Positions 44,277-57,639 of a DNA stretch of 64,000 nt are shown one piece after another. The stretch is from the human T2T-CHM13v2.0 reference genome, Homo sapiens. The notes beneath the pieces are model-generated. The model saw only the letters and a program-made list of their open reading frames with translations, ran no database searches and was not told the origin of the DNA. Within the stretch, counting starts at the first letter, position 1, and every line of letters begins with the position of its first letter. The position numbers were made by a program, and so were the translations under genes. Location: assembly GCF_009914755.1 (NCBI RefSeq), contig NC_060939.1; one strand, given 5' to 3'.

Positions 44277-45104
44277 GCCAGCAATCTTCCTGAGTCTGTT
44301 AAAATTTTTTGTCACTTATTCTTTGCCCTTATAATATTCTAGAAAGTTTAACATTCTGTATTAATAATTGTTCCTGCCATTTATACATATAGAGTTGGTA
44401 TTTAATATATTATAACATCGAGCTCATTAGTAAGGCAATTCTTTCACGTCATGAACAAGCATTCCATTACTTAAAACAAAAAATTCTAACACCTTAGCAC
44501 TAAGTATAGCAATTTGCTTTTGTGATGTCCCTTTAAAACATGTTCGGAGGGTTTATTTAAAGTTCTTGTGCCAGAGTCAGGCCTGTGAAATGTGTGATGA
44601 CTATGGTGGACTCAGAGAAATGAAGGCCTGAATCATCATGCTGGGGCCTCAAAGGGATTATTCCTATAGGCAAATGAGCTTTATTTTATACAGATTCAAA
44701 AAAAAAAAAATGTAGGTTCTCATGACTATGCCCCAATATCACTGTTGGAAAGGGATCTTGCTAGTTCTCAATTGCTTAACAGACATCTGCTGAGAAGCAA
44801 CACGATGAGGAATCTTCACGGCCCCCATCTCACCATGTCAAGAAACTACGAAGAATCGCTGCTGACCAGGCCCCCAGCTAGTCTGTGAATTCTTCCCAGG
44901 TGAGAATTAGTACCACACCCATCAGTTACAGCAAGCCTGATCTCTGTCCTCTCCATCAGCCTGTTTTAAAGCCTAAGACCAGGACAAATCCATTCTCACT
45001 TTTGAAAAGGGGAGAATTATTTATACAATGACATTCTGTGGGTGGTTTGTGAAGAAGGCAATACAAAGAAGAGAATATGTCTCTTCTATGTCTTTGTCAG
45101 CAAA

Positions 45105-45420
45105 CTGAACTAAGAGTCAAGAGACGTGGGATCTGGTTCTGGTTTAACTACTAACCAGCAGTGAAACCTTGTGTGCACTACAACCCCTTCTTTAGCCTTA
45201 GGTTTCTCATCTGCCAAGTTTGAGAATAAAAAGTCAACATTTTAGAACCAGACAGTCCTAGGTTCCAGCTCCACATCAACAGAGAGCTGGTAGTTCTTTG
45301 TCATATTACTTAAGCTCTTAGATCCTGAATTGTCTCATCTATTTAACAGAGATAATGATCGCTACTTTCCTTTCCCTGGAGGGCTGAGAAAAACTGTTGG
45401 TGCTCAATAACTGTAAATTT
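45105..45420 (+). mobile_element. MIR fragments
   Basis: gagtcaagagacgtggg...ggtttctcatctg; cagacagtcctaggttcca...tctcatcta. Confidence 0.6.
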
Positions 45421-46850
45421 GCTCCTCCACTTTGATCACTCTCTAGCTGTACTGTTGTGGAATTCCAAAAACTAGACTATTGATGATTTGAACAATTCTT
45501 TTTTTCTGTGAGATATGCCCTCCTAATAAGTTGCTGATAATAACACATCACTATACAGCTCTTTTCAAGACATTTTTCTGTCATACTCCATTCTATCAAA
45601 GTGACAAAAGACTTACATTCTTATTGTCTTATTTCCCATAGAAATAGTCTCAAACCAATGGGAGAATAATGGAAATTTTTTCAGTCCTGTGATCCCTCTA
45701 CAGGTTCTTCCTATGCTTACATTCTCATGAAATTGCACAAGATCACACACAGCAGGTTTCACAGTCATGAAACTAAAAGCCACATTAAACCACAATGTGA
45801 TGTCAGTCTTGTCTACCACTCACCATCTCACCTCAAAAACAAGTAGGAAAGGTCACATTTGGAGAAGAAAGCTTTATCTTCCTTTTTCCTCTAGTTATTA
45901 AGTTTACTGAAAGTTTTAGGGGAAAGGATTATTTTTTATTTTAATTCTGAAAAATGAAATACATTTAAGGGGTTTGGTTTGCCTGACTTCCCTTCTATCT
46001 CTCTGGATCCCAGTGGTTTGGGGAGCTATGGCAGAGAGGCACATGTGGGAGCACATACATCAGCCTGAATATACACTGAATATACACCAGTCTGACTGGC
46101 AGGTTCATTAACCAGTTATCTTTAACATTGTGCAGCTTCCTTTGAGTTAACCAATTCAGAAAGTTATTGATCAGTGGTCTGTAATACACGGCAGACCATA
46201 TAGAGATTTTAAATATGTTGTCTTGCTTGATTCTTAGATCTGCAGAGCAATGATGGTGAGAGAGGAAATGAACAGATATTTGATTCTTATAACTTAATAA
46301 TTTCCATATATGTATTATGGTTGTTTCATTGAGACCTTTACTGCATGTCAGGTCCCATGCTAAGATCTTTGCTTTCATTATCTCTTTTAATGCTTCCATG
46401 ATGTAAGTTGCTATCACTCCCATTCAGAGACAAAGTCTTTCAAAGGTTATCCAGCCAATAATTTGTCAAACCACTCTTGTCTGACACTAGAGATAAAGGG
46501 TCTATGAAAGAAAGCATTAGGTCCAGGGAACCCCCTCATATTATAGAAAGTAAATACTGGAGGTGAGAATTGGGCCCTTTAAAGTCAGCACCACTGCTCA
46601 TTTAAATACACCAAGGCTTGGCTTATTTTACCCTGACAAAGTGCCCTAAAATCCCCTTGCTGGGAGAAATAGCAATTAACGTGGATGGTAAGCATGTGGG
46701 CTGGTATTATGTAGTTGGAAAATACTGAGGTCAATTTCTCAGGGTGATCTTAAGTGCTCATGGGGGACATCACTTAGGAATAAATATATCATCATTTCTC
46801 CCATTCCATGAAAAGACATCGTTACAGTGACATTGAAAAATAATCACACA

Positions 46851-46927
46851 TATGGTTGAACCATATGAAATTGCCAAATTCAAACCAATTTATAACCTAC
46901 AAAGTGACAACTTTATATGGCTCAAAT
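46851..46927. mobile_element. MADE2-like mariner MITE (second copy, opposite orientation to 5629)
   Basis: ggttgaaccatatgaaattgcc...acctacaaa...tatatggctcaa. Confidence 0.8.
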
Positions 46928-46939
46928 GTTTAAAAAGCA

Positions 46940-48940
46940 AATATAGTTCTGGTGTTTTTAAACACCTACACTAATTCTACTCCTTCCTAAAATCCCACTA
47001 AAACTTGTGAAGTAGATAATTTTAAAAGACAGAAACCTACAAGGAAAGGAAAACAGGACAGGCAACAACAATTACAAAATTTCGGAGGCTGAAAAGCAGG
47101 CAGATGAGTGATAACTAATTTAGCAGTTGCAATAAAGCTGAATCATAAGATAAAGTGAGGAAATATAAGGACCAATCCAAGTTGCATTGAAGAATCTTCA
47201 AGAGGCTCAGCACCCATCAGCACTGGAGCCTCTGGAACTGGGAGTGAAGAGATGGGAAGCTAAAGTCAAAAGGGTTGGTGAAAGACATGTTTTGAAGGAG
47301 TCCCCCCACCCCTTTTCTCATTCCTTGATAACTATCCCTTCTCCATCTCATCAAAAATCTGGAGGCCTCTTCTCTGGCGAGGAATGTTTTTAAAAAAGGT
47401 CTTTGGACATGGTGTTGACAGAAAAGGTTGATAGCAGTGAGTGGCTAATCGCATATCCAATGCTGAAAATTTCTAACCCTCTCCTATGGTTCAGCTGCCA
47501 CAATACTGGTAGCCAGACTTTTGCCCTCCAGGCAGGATTTTGGAAGAGTACTCCCTAGAGAATATAACAAGCCCAAGGGGAAAGACATAAAAATAACCAC
47601 AGGAGAGGTTCCCTAAACAACACATTCAGAAAATGCTACGGTGGATCTCAAATTCAATCAACTATCCCTTTCCCGCAATCACGAAAAAATAAGGATTGAG
47701 TAACAACTGAGGACAACCTGTAACACAGAAGAGAAAGGCCAAAAATCAAACTGAGAAATGCCACTTATACGTGGAACCTAGAACAACACACAATCATTAG
47801 TATCCCCAGAAATGAGAAGACAGTGTATTCATGAAAGTAGAATGTTGTGAAAAATAGAACACACACATACACAGCCTACTTATGAAATTAAAATCATCAC
47901 AGCAGAAGTGAAAAGCTCAATAAAAGCATTTTTAAAGAGATGTTTTAAAGTCAAAATTGAATGATTTGTTTAGAAATCCAAAAAATAGTTCCAGAGAGAA
48001 TAGAATAAATCCAGGGAAGGAAATAATCAATAAAATGATTCAAAAAGATTTCCTGCAGTGGAAGGACATGAGTTTCCAGACTAAAAGGGCCCACTGAGAG
48101 AGCAGTGGGAGGAAATGGGCTCTCATCAATGTACACTTTGTAAAATTTCAGAGTACTTGGCTCAAAGACTACATAAGCTGTCAGTGAGAATCAACAGGTA
48201 CGCGAAAAGAAGAATAGTCAGAATACGTTTAGATTTCCAAACAGCATTACAGAAAATCTAGAGGGCAGAGAATCCAAGTCTTTAGAAAATTCAGTGGAAA
48301 TTCCTAGCATGGCATTGTTCTGCTGGTGTAGATAGCACTTGACAGATAGAAAGGGAAGATAGAGGTATTCCAGATGGATACACCCAAGAGAAAAATGGAA
48401 AAGATAAATTTCTTAGTGTGGTTGATGTGCGGAAAATTGTGCTAAAATTTTGGAAGGTATCAGGAAAATTAGCAATATATGCAGACAACTAATGATACGA
48501 AAAACAAAGAAGACAATCCACTTCAGAAAAGACAAAAGGCAAGAAAGAAAGCAAATGTAATTCTCTACAGTGCAAAGCTGGGAATAATATTTGCATAGAA
48601 GCACTACAGTAATAACTGAATATTGATTTAGCCAAATATAATGGGGACAGGGAAGCAGAGTGGAAGGAGCTGAAACCTCATCTATCATAATAGAAACTCA
48701 AGATAAAACTTAAAATTCATTTGTCCAAAGAAAGCAATATATGCATATTATTCAGAAATGTGTGTGCTTAAATGCCAGAAGTAAAAACTAAAAGAACAAA
48801 ACTGTTCCTTGAAGAGGGAGATTGAAAAGAGTGTGGAGCAGTGACACAGGGAGTAACTTGGAAACTGTTATGAGCTTTTTATAATTATTTTTAAACCATG
48901 GGCATGTGTTACTTTGATAGAATAAATATTATTTTTTTAA
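46940..48940 (+). mobile_element. HAL1-like (half-L1) element
   Basis: gaaggacatgagtttccagactaaaagggcccactgag at ~48061, A-rich ORF1-like body; approximate ends. Confidence 0.65.
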
Positions 48941-50799
48941 ATATAAGTTCAGTGAACATGAGGATACAGCCCCTCTGAAAACAAATTTTTTTCCCAGTTT
49001 TGACACAGGCCTTCTTACTATTACCAATACTTAGAGAGTGGGCAAAATTGGCAAAGCAGTATGTTAAGTACTGTTGAGAGAGTCACAAGAATACATGACT
49101 GAAATAAATTCATCTTAGGGAGTTCGAAGCTTTGACCTTACAAGACCAGTTGAGAAAGAAGAGTCAACGCTTCCTTGTGTGTTAACCAGAGCTGTAAGCT
49201 CAAGAAGTACATAGGCTACAAAACATCGTATACAAGACAGCACATTTTGGTAAAATGAATATTAATTACTAGTAAATAAGTTTAAGAAATAAATGTTAAA
49301 CTATTTCTTATTTCCCTCTGTTGAGCTTTAAATCTTCATTACTTTCTAAAGTGATCTTTCTGTCTGTGAGACTTTGTTGACAAATCGTTTCATGTCCTCT
49401 GGGCAAGTCTTGGAACATTCTCTTTGTGCTTCCAAGGAGAATAATAATCTTGGCAAGAAGCTGTAGTTGTACTAGCTTTATTTCTCTTAGCTGCGGGTGA
49501 ATGTCCCTCCAAGGGCTCCTGCTCTGGGCCAATTTTGGATGGGTGAAGTGTGACATAATTCTTATTTTTGCATCTGACCATTTAGAAAAGGTTGTCTTTG
49601 TCCTTTCAGTTTCAGTTCTGATAGGTCACTTTGTGGTGATCTATATTTAAGAATTGCTGTTGAGAAACATTGTCTTAGCATAAATACTAGACGTTGTGCT
49701 TTAACTCTTCCCTCACTTCTCACCCCCTTGCTGATCTAGGTTTTCTCTTGCCGAATTGCCATAACTCCTCATTCTTTTGCTTAGGTCTCTCATTCTCTTT
49801 TGCATCGTATCAAATGTTTATACAATTTTATGGGATTTTGGTTGGTGGTACATGAGCTCCTATGACTAACTCTTTAACCTGATGAAAAAGCCTCCTTTGA
49901 CACCTTTGCTTCTGCTAGCACATTTGCAAGTTTGGTTTTGTCTTTTGCTACCCCTGCAAGCTCCCATTTGTAGTTACATTTTTTTTCTAATTTCTATCAA
50001 AGATCTATGATTACATGATTTCTGCTGCCTCTAGGGAGACTGTGTCTTTGTTGGTGTCTTCTCTATGTTGATGTCGACTTTCTGTTCTTCTTTAGAGTTA
50101 TGAGTGTGTTTCTTCAAATACTCCCTCCTACATTCTCCAAATTTACACATTGGTTTTGGGGCCTAAATTCTGAATTCTGGCTGGTGCATTTCTTCATTTC
50201 AGGTGTGTCTTCATCTGGATTGTGGTGGATCTACTCTCTAAGACTTTGCCTATGTCTAGAATAAGGAGAGGAGACCTGGAAGAACTGCAAGTTTAAACTC
50301 AAGAGTTACTGAGAATACAGAAAATACCTGCAGAGCTGGGAAGCCAATGGGAATACAGAAAAGCTTGCAGAATTGAAGAATCCTGAAAACCCCAAGTGCT
50401 TTCAATCCAGACCCAGGCTCCCAGGGGGACACTGTGATGGCACTCACTCCAACAGTTCCCTAGCAAAGGTCTCCAAGCTGGTCTCCTGGAGAATGTTCCC
50501 TTCTTGGAAAGCTGCAGCTAATGAAACTAAAATAAATGATAAAAGGATATTTGATTCTCAGAAATCCCGTTTTCAGTCAATGTGGCTAGAATACATGCAT
50601 TTAATAAAGTAAAGCCATCTCTTTTTTCTTAGTTTATATATTCAAAATAAGATTTACTTATGTTGCTGATGGCATTTACTCATGTCGTGTATTCATTAAA
50701 CATTTATTAAGTACCTACTAAGGTCCAGGTACTGTAAATTGGCTTATTCTTTTGGATTATAATTCAGCAGCACATATTTGGAGTCATTTTTATATGATT

Positions 50800-51190
50800 A
50801 GTATCGGTAATCTGACTCGTGGGAATTTGTCTCAAGCTAATAATTCAGATGACAAAAACGTAAGTAATATGGAAAACATATTTATAGCAGCAATATTTAT
50901 AATGGTAAAAAATCTAAGTGCCCAATGATAGGAGAATTAAGATAACAGTGGTATATTAATTCCATGAACGTTAGGTACTTACTGCAAACAATAAATATAA
51001 AGTTTAGTAAATGGAAAAGAGTACATGAGATGTTGGGAACAAAACTAAGACAAAAATTCCATTAAAGTACAATTGCAATTATATAAAAATATTTACATAG
51101 GTATGAAAAGTGACAGAAAACAATGAGAAATGAAATAGTTGATATGATTAAGTGGTCATATTATATCCTTATTTTTCTTTTTGAAAAATT
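50800..51190 (+). mobile_element. L1ME-type 3' fragment
   Basis: tttatagcagcaatatttataatggtaaaaa..ctaagtgcccaatgataggaga. Confidence 0.6.
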
Positions 51191-52076
51191 ATAAAGCTGT
51201 CTTAAGAGTAAGTAAAAATAATGACACGAATTAGAAAACATCTTAAAATCATCTACTTTTTATAGCACATGGCAATATGCAATGTATATGGAACTCCTAG
51301 GATCCTTAATATTAATAGTTTGGTTACATATGGAAATGTTTTGACCCTTGATGTCAAGGGAAACAGCATTCTCAGAAACCAGCAGCGACAACCAATGTCA
51401 TCCAATACTCTAGGGCACGTAGTTTCCTAGTCTTAGCTACTTCATTTCCCAAACCAAATTTCCCTGGTTTCTATAACTCTTCAGTTGGTTTCTCACTACT
51501 CTAAGGAGTGATCACACTTGTCCAGTGCTTTCGGAACCTTGAACTCCTTAAGAGATCTCGGGGGTAATAGAAAATTCAGCTCATACTGAGCTAAACACTT
51601 ACACTCTGACTGAGCCTGGTTTCCTCATATGTAGAAAGGAGATGATAATAGCTCCTCTCCCACAAGGCTGTAATGACAAGGTATACAATGCACCCAACAC
51701 AATGCCTGCTCCTTGATGGGGCAGGGCAGGGGGACCAATAAAGGGGTATTTCCTATTTCAAGGTTAAAAAGCCAAGTAAGGTTCTACGGGCCGTGCAATG
51801 TGAGAAGGTTGGTATGAACTTTTGTAAATAGTCACCTCTCACTCAGCTGGCACCAAGCTCTGCCATTGCAGCGTGTGACCTCAGGCAGCACGGTGGGCTG
51901 TGCCCTGAAAGCAAGTTTCTGGCAAGAACATTTGACTGCTTATTTTATTATTGTAAAGGCAATATAATTTTATTTGCTTACTAAAAAAAAACTTGTAAAG
52001 GAGTGAAAAGTGGAAAACAATTCCCAGAATCTTCCTTCCCTTTTGAAGACAATGACTGTTAACATTTTAAAGTGTA

Positions 52077-53250
52077 CAGTCATGTGCTGCATAGCAATGA
52101 TGGATGTCATATATATCAGTGGCCACATAGGATCATAATTGGGCTGTAAAATTCCTATTGCCTAGAGATGTCATAGCGCAATGCATTACTTCTGTGTTTG
52201 TGCTGGCACTGGTGTAAACAAATGTACTGCGCTGCCAGTCACGTAAAAGTCTAGCACATACAATTATGTACAGTACATAATACTTGAAAATAAATGACTC
52301 TGTTACTGGTTTATGTATTTATTATATTTTCAATATTTTAGAGTGTACTCCTACTTATAAAAAAAAGTTAACTGTAAAACGTCCTCAGGCAGGTCCTTCA
52401 GGAGGTATTCCAGAAGAAGGCACTGTTATCATAGGAGAGGACAGCTCCATGTGTGTTGTTGTCCTTGAAGAGCTTTCAGTGGGACAAGTTGTGGAGGTGG
52501 AAGACAGTGATATTGATGATCCTGACCCCGAACAGGCCTAGGCTAATATATGTGTTTGTGTCCCAGTTTTGAAAGCAAAGTTTAAAAAGTAAAAAATAAA
52601 AAAATTTTAAAACAGGGAAAACTTACAAAATACAAATATGAACACTTTTCTACAACTGTACCATGTGTTTGTGTTTTAAGGTAAGCGTTATCACAAAAGA
52701 ACCAAAAAGTTTAACAAATTAAAATGTTTATAAAATAAAATTATAGTTAATTTTAAATAAAGCAAAAAAATTGCTAAGGACTCCTTTACTTTTAGTGAAG
52801 AAAAAAAGTTAAAACATTTTTAATGGTAAGGTTAAGGTTTATTGTTTAAGAAAGAAAACTATTTTTTCTAAATTTAGGCCTCATATTCACTCACCATTCA
52901 TTCATTGACTCGCCCAGAGTAACTTCCAGTTCTACAAGCTCCATTCATGGTAAGCACCCTACAAAGGTGTACCATTTTTTATCTTTTATATTGCATTTTT
53001 TTGCTTTACTTTTTCTATGTTTAGATACACAAATACCATTGCATTACAGTCGCCTATAGTATTCAGTACAGCAAGGCGCTTTACTGATTAGTAGCCTAGG
53101 AGCAATAGGCTATAACATATAGCCCAGGTGTGCAGTAGGCTATACCATCTAGGTTTATGTAAGCACACTGCATGATGTTCACATAATGACAAAATTGCCT
53201 AATGATGCATTTCTCAGAACATATCTTGGTTATTAAATGACGCATAACTG
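52077..53250. mobile_element. Tigger3b-like (Tc1/mariner-pogo) non-autonomous element
   Basis: TA TSD (52075-76, 53251-52), TIRs cagtcatgtg.../...cgcataactg, internal caggcaggtccttcaggaggtattccagaagaaggca. Confidence 0.9.
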
Positions 53251-53599
53251 TATTTCTTTCCAGGCTTCTCCTCTGCATAGGTTTTGGCTGGTAATCATAT
53301 GCAGCGTGATGACAACTGTAATGCTGCACATGAAATTTTGCATTTTGGATTTTTTATTTAAATGCAGTAAATAAGTTTCTGGCAAGATCATCTAACCCAT
53401 TTCATAGTTTTCAGGGCCATTTTTAATGGTTACATAACATTCCCATTTGGAAAACTTATAAGTAGCATGCGTGCTTTCCTTTCTTGCCCCAAGAAGCCAC
53501 TTGCACTGCCTTTCATTTCTAGGAAGACATCTGAGTTTTCCAAAGGACTCTACATCACAGAGTCAAAGGTGTTTGGGAGCACAAAGATCTTCCTGGAAA

Positions 53600-54150
53600 G
53601 GGTGGAGTAAAGGGTAAGAGGAAAAGAAATAAACAGAGAAAGAGAAAGGCTGAAAGAGGAGAAAGGGAGAGAGAAAAAGTGAGGCAAGAAAGAGGAGGAA
53701 AAGAAGAAAAAAGGAGAAGAAATATGAAACAGACAAAATATGAAATAGAAGAAAAAGTAAAAGAAAAGGGAAGAGAAGAGAAGAAAAAACAAGGAGAAGG
53801 AAAGTGGGAGGAGGAAGAAGGTAGGAGGAGGAGGAAGAGGAAGTTTGAGGAGGAAGAGGAAGTTTGAGGAGGAAGAAGAAGTTGGAGAGGAAGAGGAAGT
53901 TTGAGGAGGAAGAAGGTAGGAGGAGGAGGAAGAGGAAGTTTGAGGAGGAAGAAGAAGTTGGAGAGGAAGAGGAAGTTTGAGGAGGAGAAGGAAGGCAGGG
54001 AGAGGAGGAGGAGGAATCTGAGGAAGAGAAAGGTTGGTGGGGGAAGAGAAAGAAGGGAGAAAAGAGGAAGAAGTGGGGAGGGAGAGGGGAAAGGTGGAGG
54101 GGAGGAAGAGAAAAGTGTGAGGAGGAAGATAAAGTAGAAGGAGGAGAGGC
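53600..54150. repeat. GA-rich polypurine tract with 18-19 bp minisatellite (gaggaggaagaggaagttt)
   Basis: Strongly purine-biased; repeated units at 53808-53986. Confidence 0.92.
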
Positions 54151-55084
54151 AAGTATCTGGTGTTTTTAGATAAAACCTGGTCGCCTTTGATTCTTCCACG
54201 ATAGGTGCTTTCTAAGGAAGATCATGATTCCCTTGGGGTCTTGGCTCATTGGCTTCCAACATATCACCAGCCTCTGTCATTTTGTTCTCAATCATTCATA
54301 TTTAAGGCTTGGCCACTGGAACTTTTGGCATTTGATAAATCTTTATTTTGAATCACAAACACATTTAACTGACATTCTTCTTTCTGAAGACTCATCATTA
54401 CTCCACTAAATGGATGAAGGCCTTTAATTGACTCCTTGGGTTTCAAAGGGCTGGGTCCTTGAATTCTGCCTCAAGGGATTCCATTTTGTTTCTTTTTGAT
54501 TCAGTGTCTGGCTGGGACTAAAAATCTCTCTTCCCCAGGTTTTGCTCCTGCGGCATTCACCACGTGCTGGCACTTTTACAGTCCCTGGTGGGGCTCTGGG
54601 CCCATGTGCTGCCTCCCGTTTTGGAAAAAGTAAGGTTTATGGAAGATTCTGGAAGCCCCTTATCCTGCTACCAGTTGATCAGAGCTGCTGAAATAAGGGC
54701 CCTGAGTCTGGCTGTCCTCCAGTCTGCTCAGTTAATTATGAGCCTGGGACCTGCCATTGCTCACAGGATGACTGTGGACATCAGAGGCACTGGCAGGTCC
54801 TCCAGTAAAGGCTGGAGCAGGACATGAACAGCTTGCCAGCATGCCTGCTCATCCCATCACCCCAGATGCCAAATGCTGTGCCATAGTGCCTTGGCAGGAA
54901 GACCCTCCCAATCAGTGGGTTTGCAGGGCCCTCTTCATCATAGCAGTCCAAGCCCAGCAAGCAGACAGACCCCTCCAGCCCCAACAAACACACACACAAC
55001 CAGAGAGGGCAGGGATCGGGCTGCTTCTCTGCTAGGGAGGAGCCATGGTCAGAGAACCTGGTGCTTAAACCTGTCTCTCTCACT

Positions 55085-55470
55085 TGGGTCCTTTGTGACT
55101 TAAGTCAGCAAAATGCCTTAGACTCAGTGTCCTCATCTGTAAGATGGGGACAAGAATCCCTGTCCTGGTTACCTTGCAAAGTTGTTGCAATTGTAAAGGA
55201 TATAATGGAAGTTAAAGTACACAGTAAATAAATGTGCTTCACAGGTCAAGGGAGAAGGAGAGTGCTGTAGTAGTAGAGAGAAGCTCTACCATTGGATTGG
55301 AGCTTTGGAATCAGGAGTCCTAGGTCCAGATAACAACTCTGCCATCCACAACATGCTTTCACTCAATTCCCTTGTTCTGTAAATGGAGCCAGCAATGCCC
55401 TCTGCCCTTCCTCACAGATATTTTTTGAACATCAGGTGAGATAAGGGGAGTAAACCTGGGAAGTGCTTCA
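55085..55470 (+). mobile_element. MIR fragments
   Basis: ctcagtgtcctcatctgtaagatgggga; gctttggaatcaggagtcctaggtcc. Confidence 0.65.
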
Positions 55471-55589
55471 AATAAGACACTATTAATATTATCAGCCTCC
55501 CTGTTGTTATGGGCACTATTGTCAGAGGCGATGCTCACCCTTGGTGTTATGAACCAAGCTTTTCCATTTCCATCCAAATTCAACCCAAA

Positions 55590-55885
55590 TCAATTGAACC
55601 CTCACCCGCAAGGTAATGGAATCTAGAGGTGGGGCCTTTGGAAGGTTACCAGGGTTAGACGAGATCTTGAGAGTAGAGCCCTGTTGATGGGATTAGTACC
55701 CCTTTAAGAAGGGATACCAGAGAGCTTGCTTGCTCTTCCTTTGCTACAAGAGGATACAATGAGAAGGTCGCCCTCCATAAACCAGGAAGAGAGCACTTAC
55801 CAGAACTCGGCCGGGCTGGTGCCCTGATCTCAGACTTCTAGACTCCACCACTGTGAGAAAATAAATTTCTGTTGTTAACCACTCC
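55590..55885 (+). mobile_element. MLT1A-like LTR (partial)
   Basis: gaggtggggcctttgg...gatgggattagt...aaaccaggaagagag...ctgatctcagacttc...gaaaataaatttctgttgtt. Confidence 0.82.
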
Positions 55886-55991
55886 GTTTCTGGGAAGACT
55901 AAGAAACTTGGTGTTAGGCCCAGCCAAGAACACGTTTCGTGCCCTAGATGTGGACCTGTTACCATACTCCCCACCATGGCTGGCAATCACC

Positions 55992-56401
55992 CAGGGTTGG
56001 GACTAGGGTCAAGAAAATGAAGACTTGCCTCAAGGCAGAATTTAAGGTGGTGCCTGAAACTCAGCACTGAGATAAATATTTCAACACAATGTTAAACACA
56101 ACAACAATTTAATGCAAAATATCCAGGATGAACAAAATACCAAGATTTTAAGTAAAGATGAGATCAGTAACAGTGCTATACCAAGTCACATTGGAGCCTG
56201 AGGCAAAAGGAAAAATTAGTAAGAGTGAATTTATTTTAACAATTTTGATATTTTGCTCACCATGGATTTTTTTTGCATAAATTTAGATTTTAAAAATATT
56301 GCCTTAAAATATGGATTTATCTTGATTGCTAAGTCTTGAGCCCACTGAAGTTTTGTACCTGAGGCAAGTGCCTCCCTCTCCTAACCTTAGTGCCGGACCT
56401 G
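55992..56401. mobile_element. MER96B-like fold-back hAT MITE
   Basis: cagggttgggactaggg.../...ccttagtgccggacctg termini, long internal inverted arms, central attggagcctgaggcaaaaggaaaa. Confidence 0.85.
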
Positions 56402-57639
56402 TAGTCTCCCGTGTTGTGTCATTTCATGGGGCCTACTGGCCCATGACCCTGTCTCTACCTCTTCCTTGACAATCTAAATTTACTGTCTACTGTCTCATTT
56501 TTCTAGGCCATGTTCAGTAAATCTATGATGGATATTGAATTCAGATTTACTGAATAGTAACTATTGACAAAGGATTTATTCTCTCAGAAATTGGCCATTG
56601 AGCAAAAGTGTCCTTAAAACACAATGTGTGAAGCCAAAAGAATGAATCTCTCATGGTGGAATGTTAATTTTTCATTCAACAAACAATTATGAAATGTCCA
56701 GTGGTTTGTGTCTTATGCTGATACTGAGGATATTTAGACGAAAAGATCCTCTCTGTTCTGAAGGGCTTACGGCCTCACAAGGAAGCCAATGAATGACAGC
56801 ACAATGAGAGCGGTGCTCCACGGCAGACGTGGGGAAAGGGAGGGCCGGGAACAGCTCTCAGTCCTGCCTCCAGAACCAGTCTTCACAGAAGACTCGCCAA
56901 AACTCACCAAAAATAGTAACTATTTTATTCTGATTCTATTTCATATATGCTTATTGTAGAAAAAATTGGAAAAGACAAAATATAAACAAGAAAATAAAAA
57001 TATTTACTCTCACATCCCAGGTATGACTATTGTTAACATTTAGCTTAGTTTCTTTTCAATTTGTATCCATGCCTATATTTATATCTGCTAATATAAATAA
57101 GGTATAAATAAGATATAAAATAAGGTGTGCCCAAAATACGGAACTGTTAAAACTTACTGCCTTCACTTTGTTCTGGGGCCTGCATTCCAAGCGATGGAGT
57201 TAAAGAGAAAGAGAAAGAAAAGAAAAAGAGCATTTTTACTAAAGAAAAGCTGTCTTAAAATAGTGGGATCCATTTTTAATAAATGTTCAATCAATTCCAA
57301 GTTCAAACTGCCCATCAGTACTTGTCTTTCCTTTGAGACTCTCCTGCCTGCTTCTTCCATGGTTCTGGGGTACAGGAGTTAGTGTGCCTGTCCTCTGAGA
57401 GGTGGGGGTCTCCCTTGGCCTCCCATGAGAGGTCACGTGGGGATCATGTGCCTGAGTCTGTCTGGTGTGGGTGTGCTGCTGGCACCACTGCTGGGGAGCA
57501 CGGATCTTGCCATTGCTCAGGTGGCCATGTGCCTGCCTCCATCCTGACCTCGAGCCTCTTCTGGCTCATAAGTTCTCTCAGCACTGCCATGTGCCCCATC
57601 CTGGTGTGAAGCAACTTCCCTGCTACCACCTAGTCTCAC

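Noticed and set aside
52284-52541. 85-aa acidic ORF
   Set aside because: Lies within Tigger3b; remnant of a transposase C-terminus, not a host gene.
53550-54199. 200- and 214-aa ORFs, plus the Glu/Lys/Arg-rich plus-strand ORFs
   Set aside because: Stop-poor low-complexity GA/CT tract; non-ATG starts for most; no domain.
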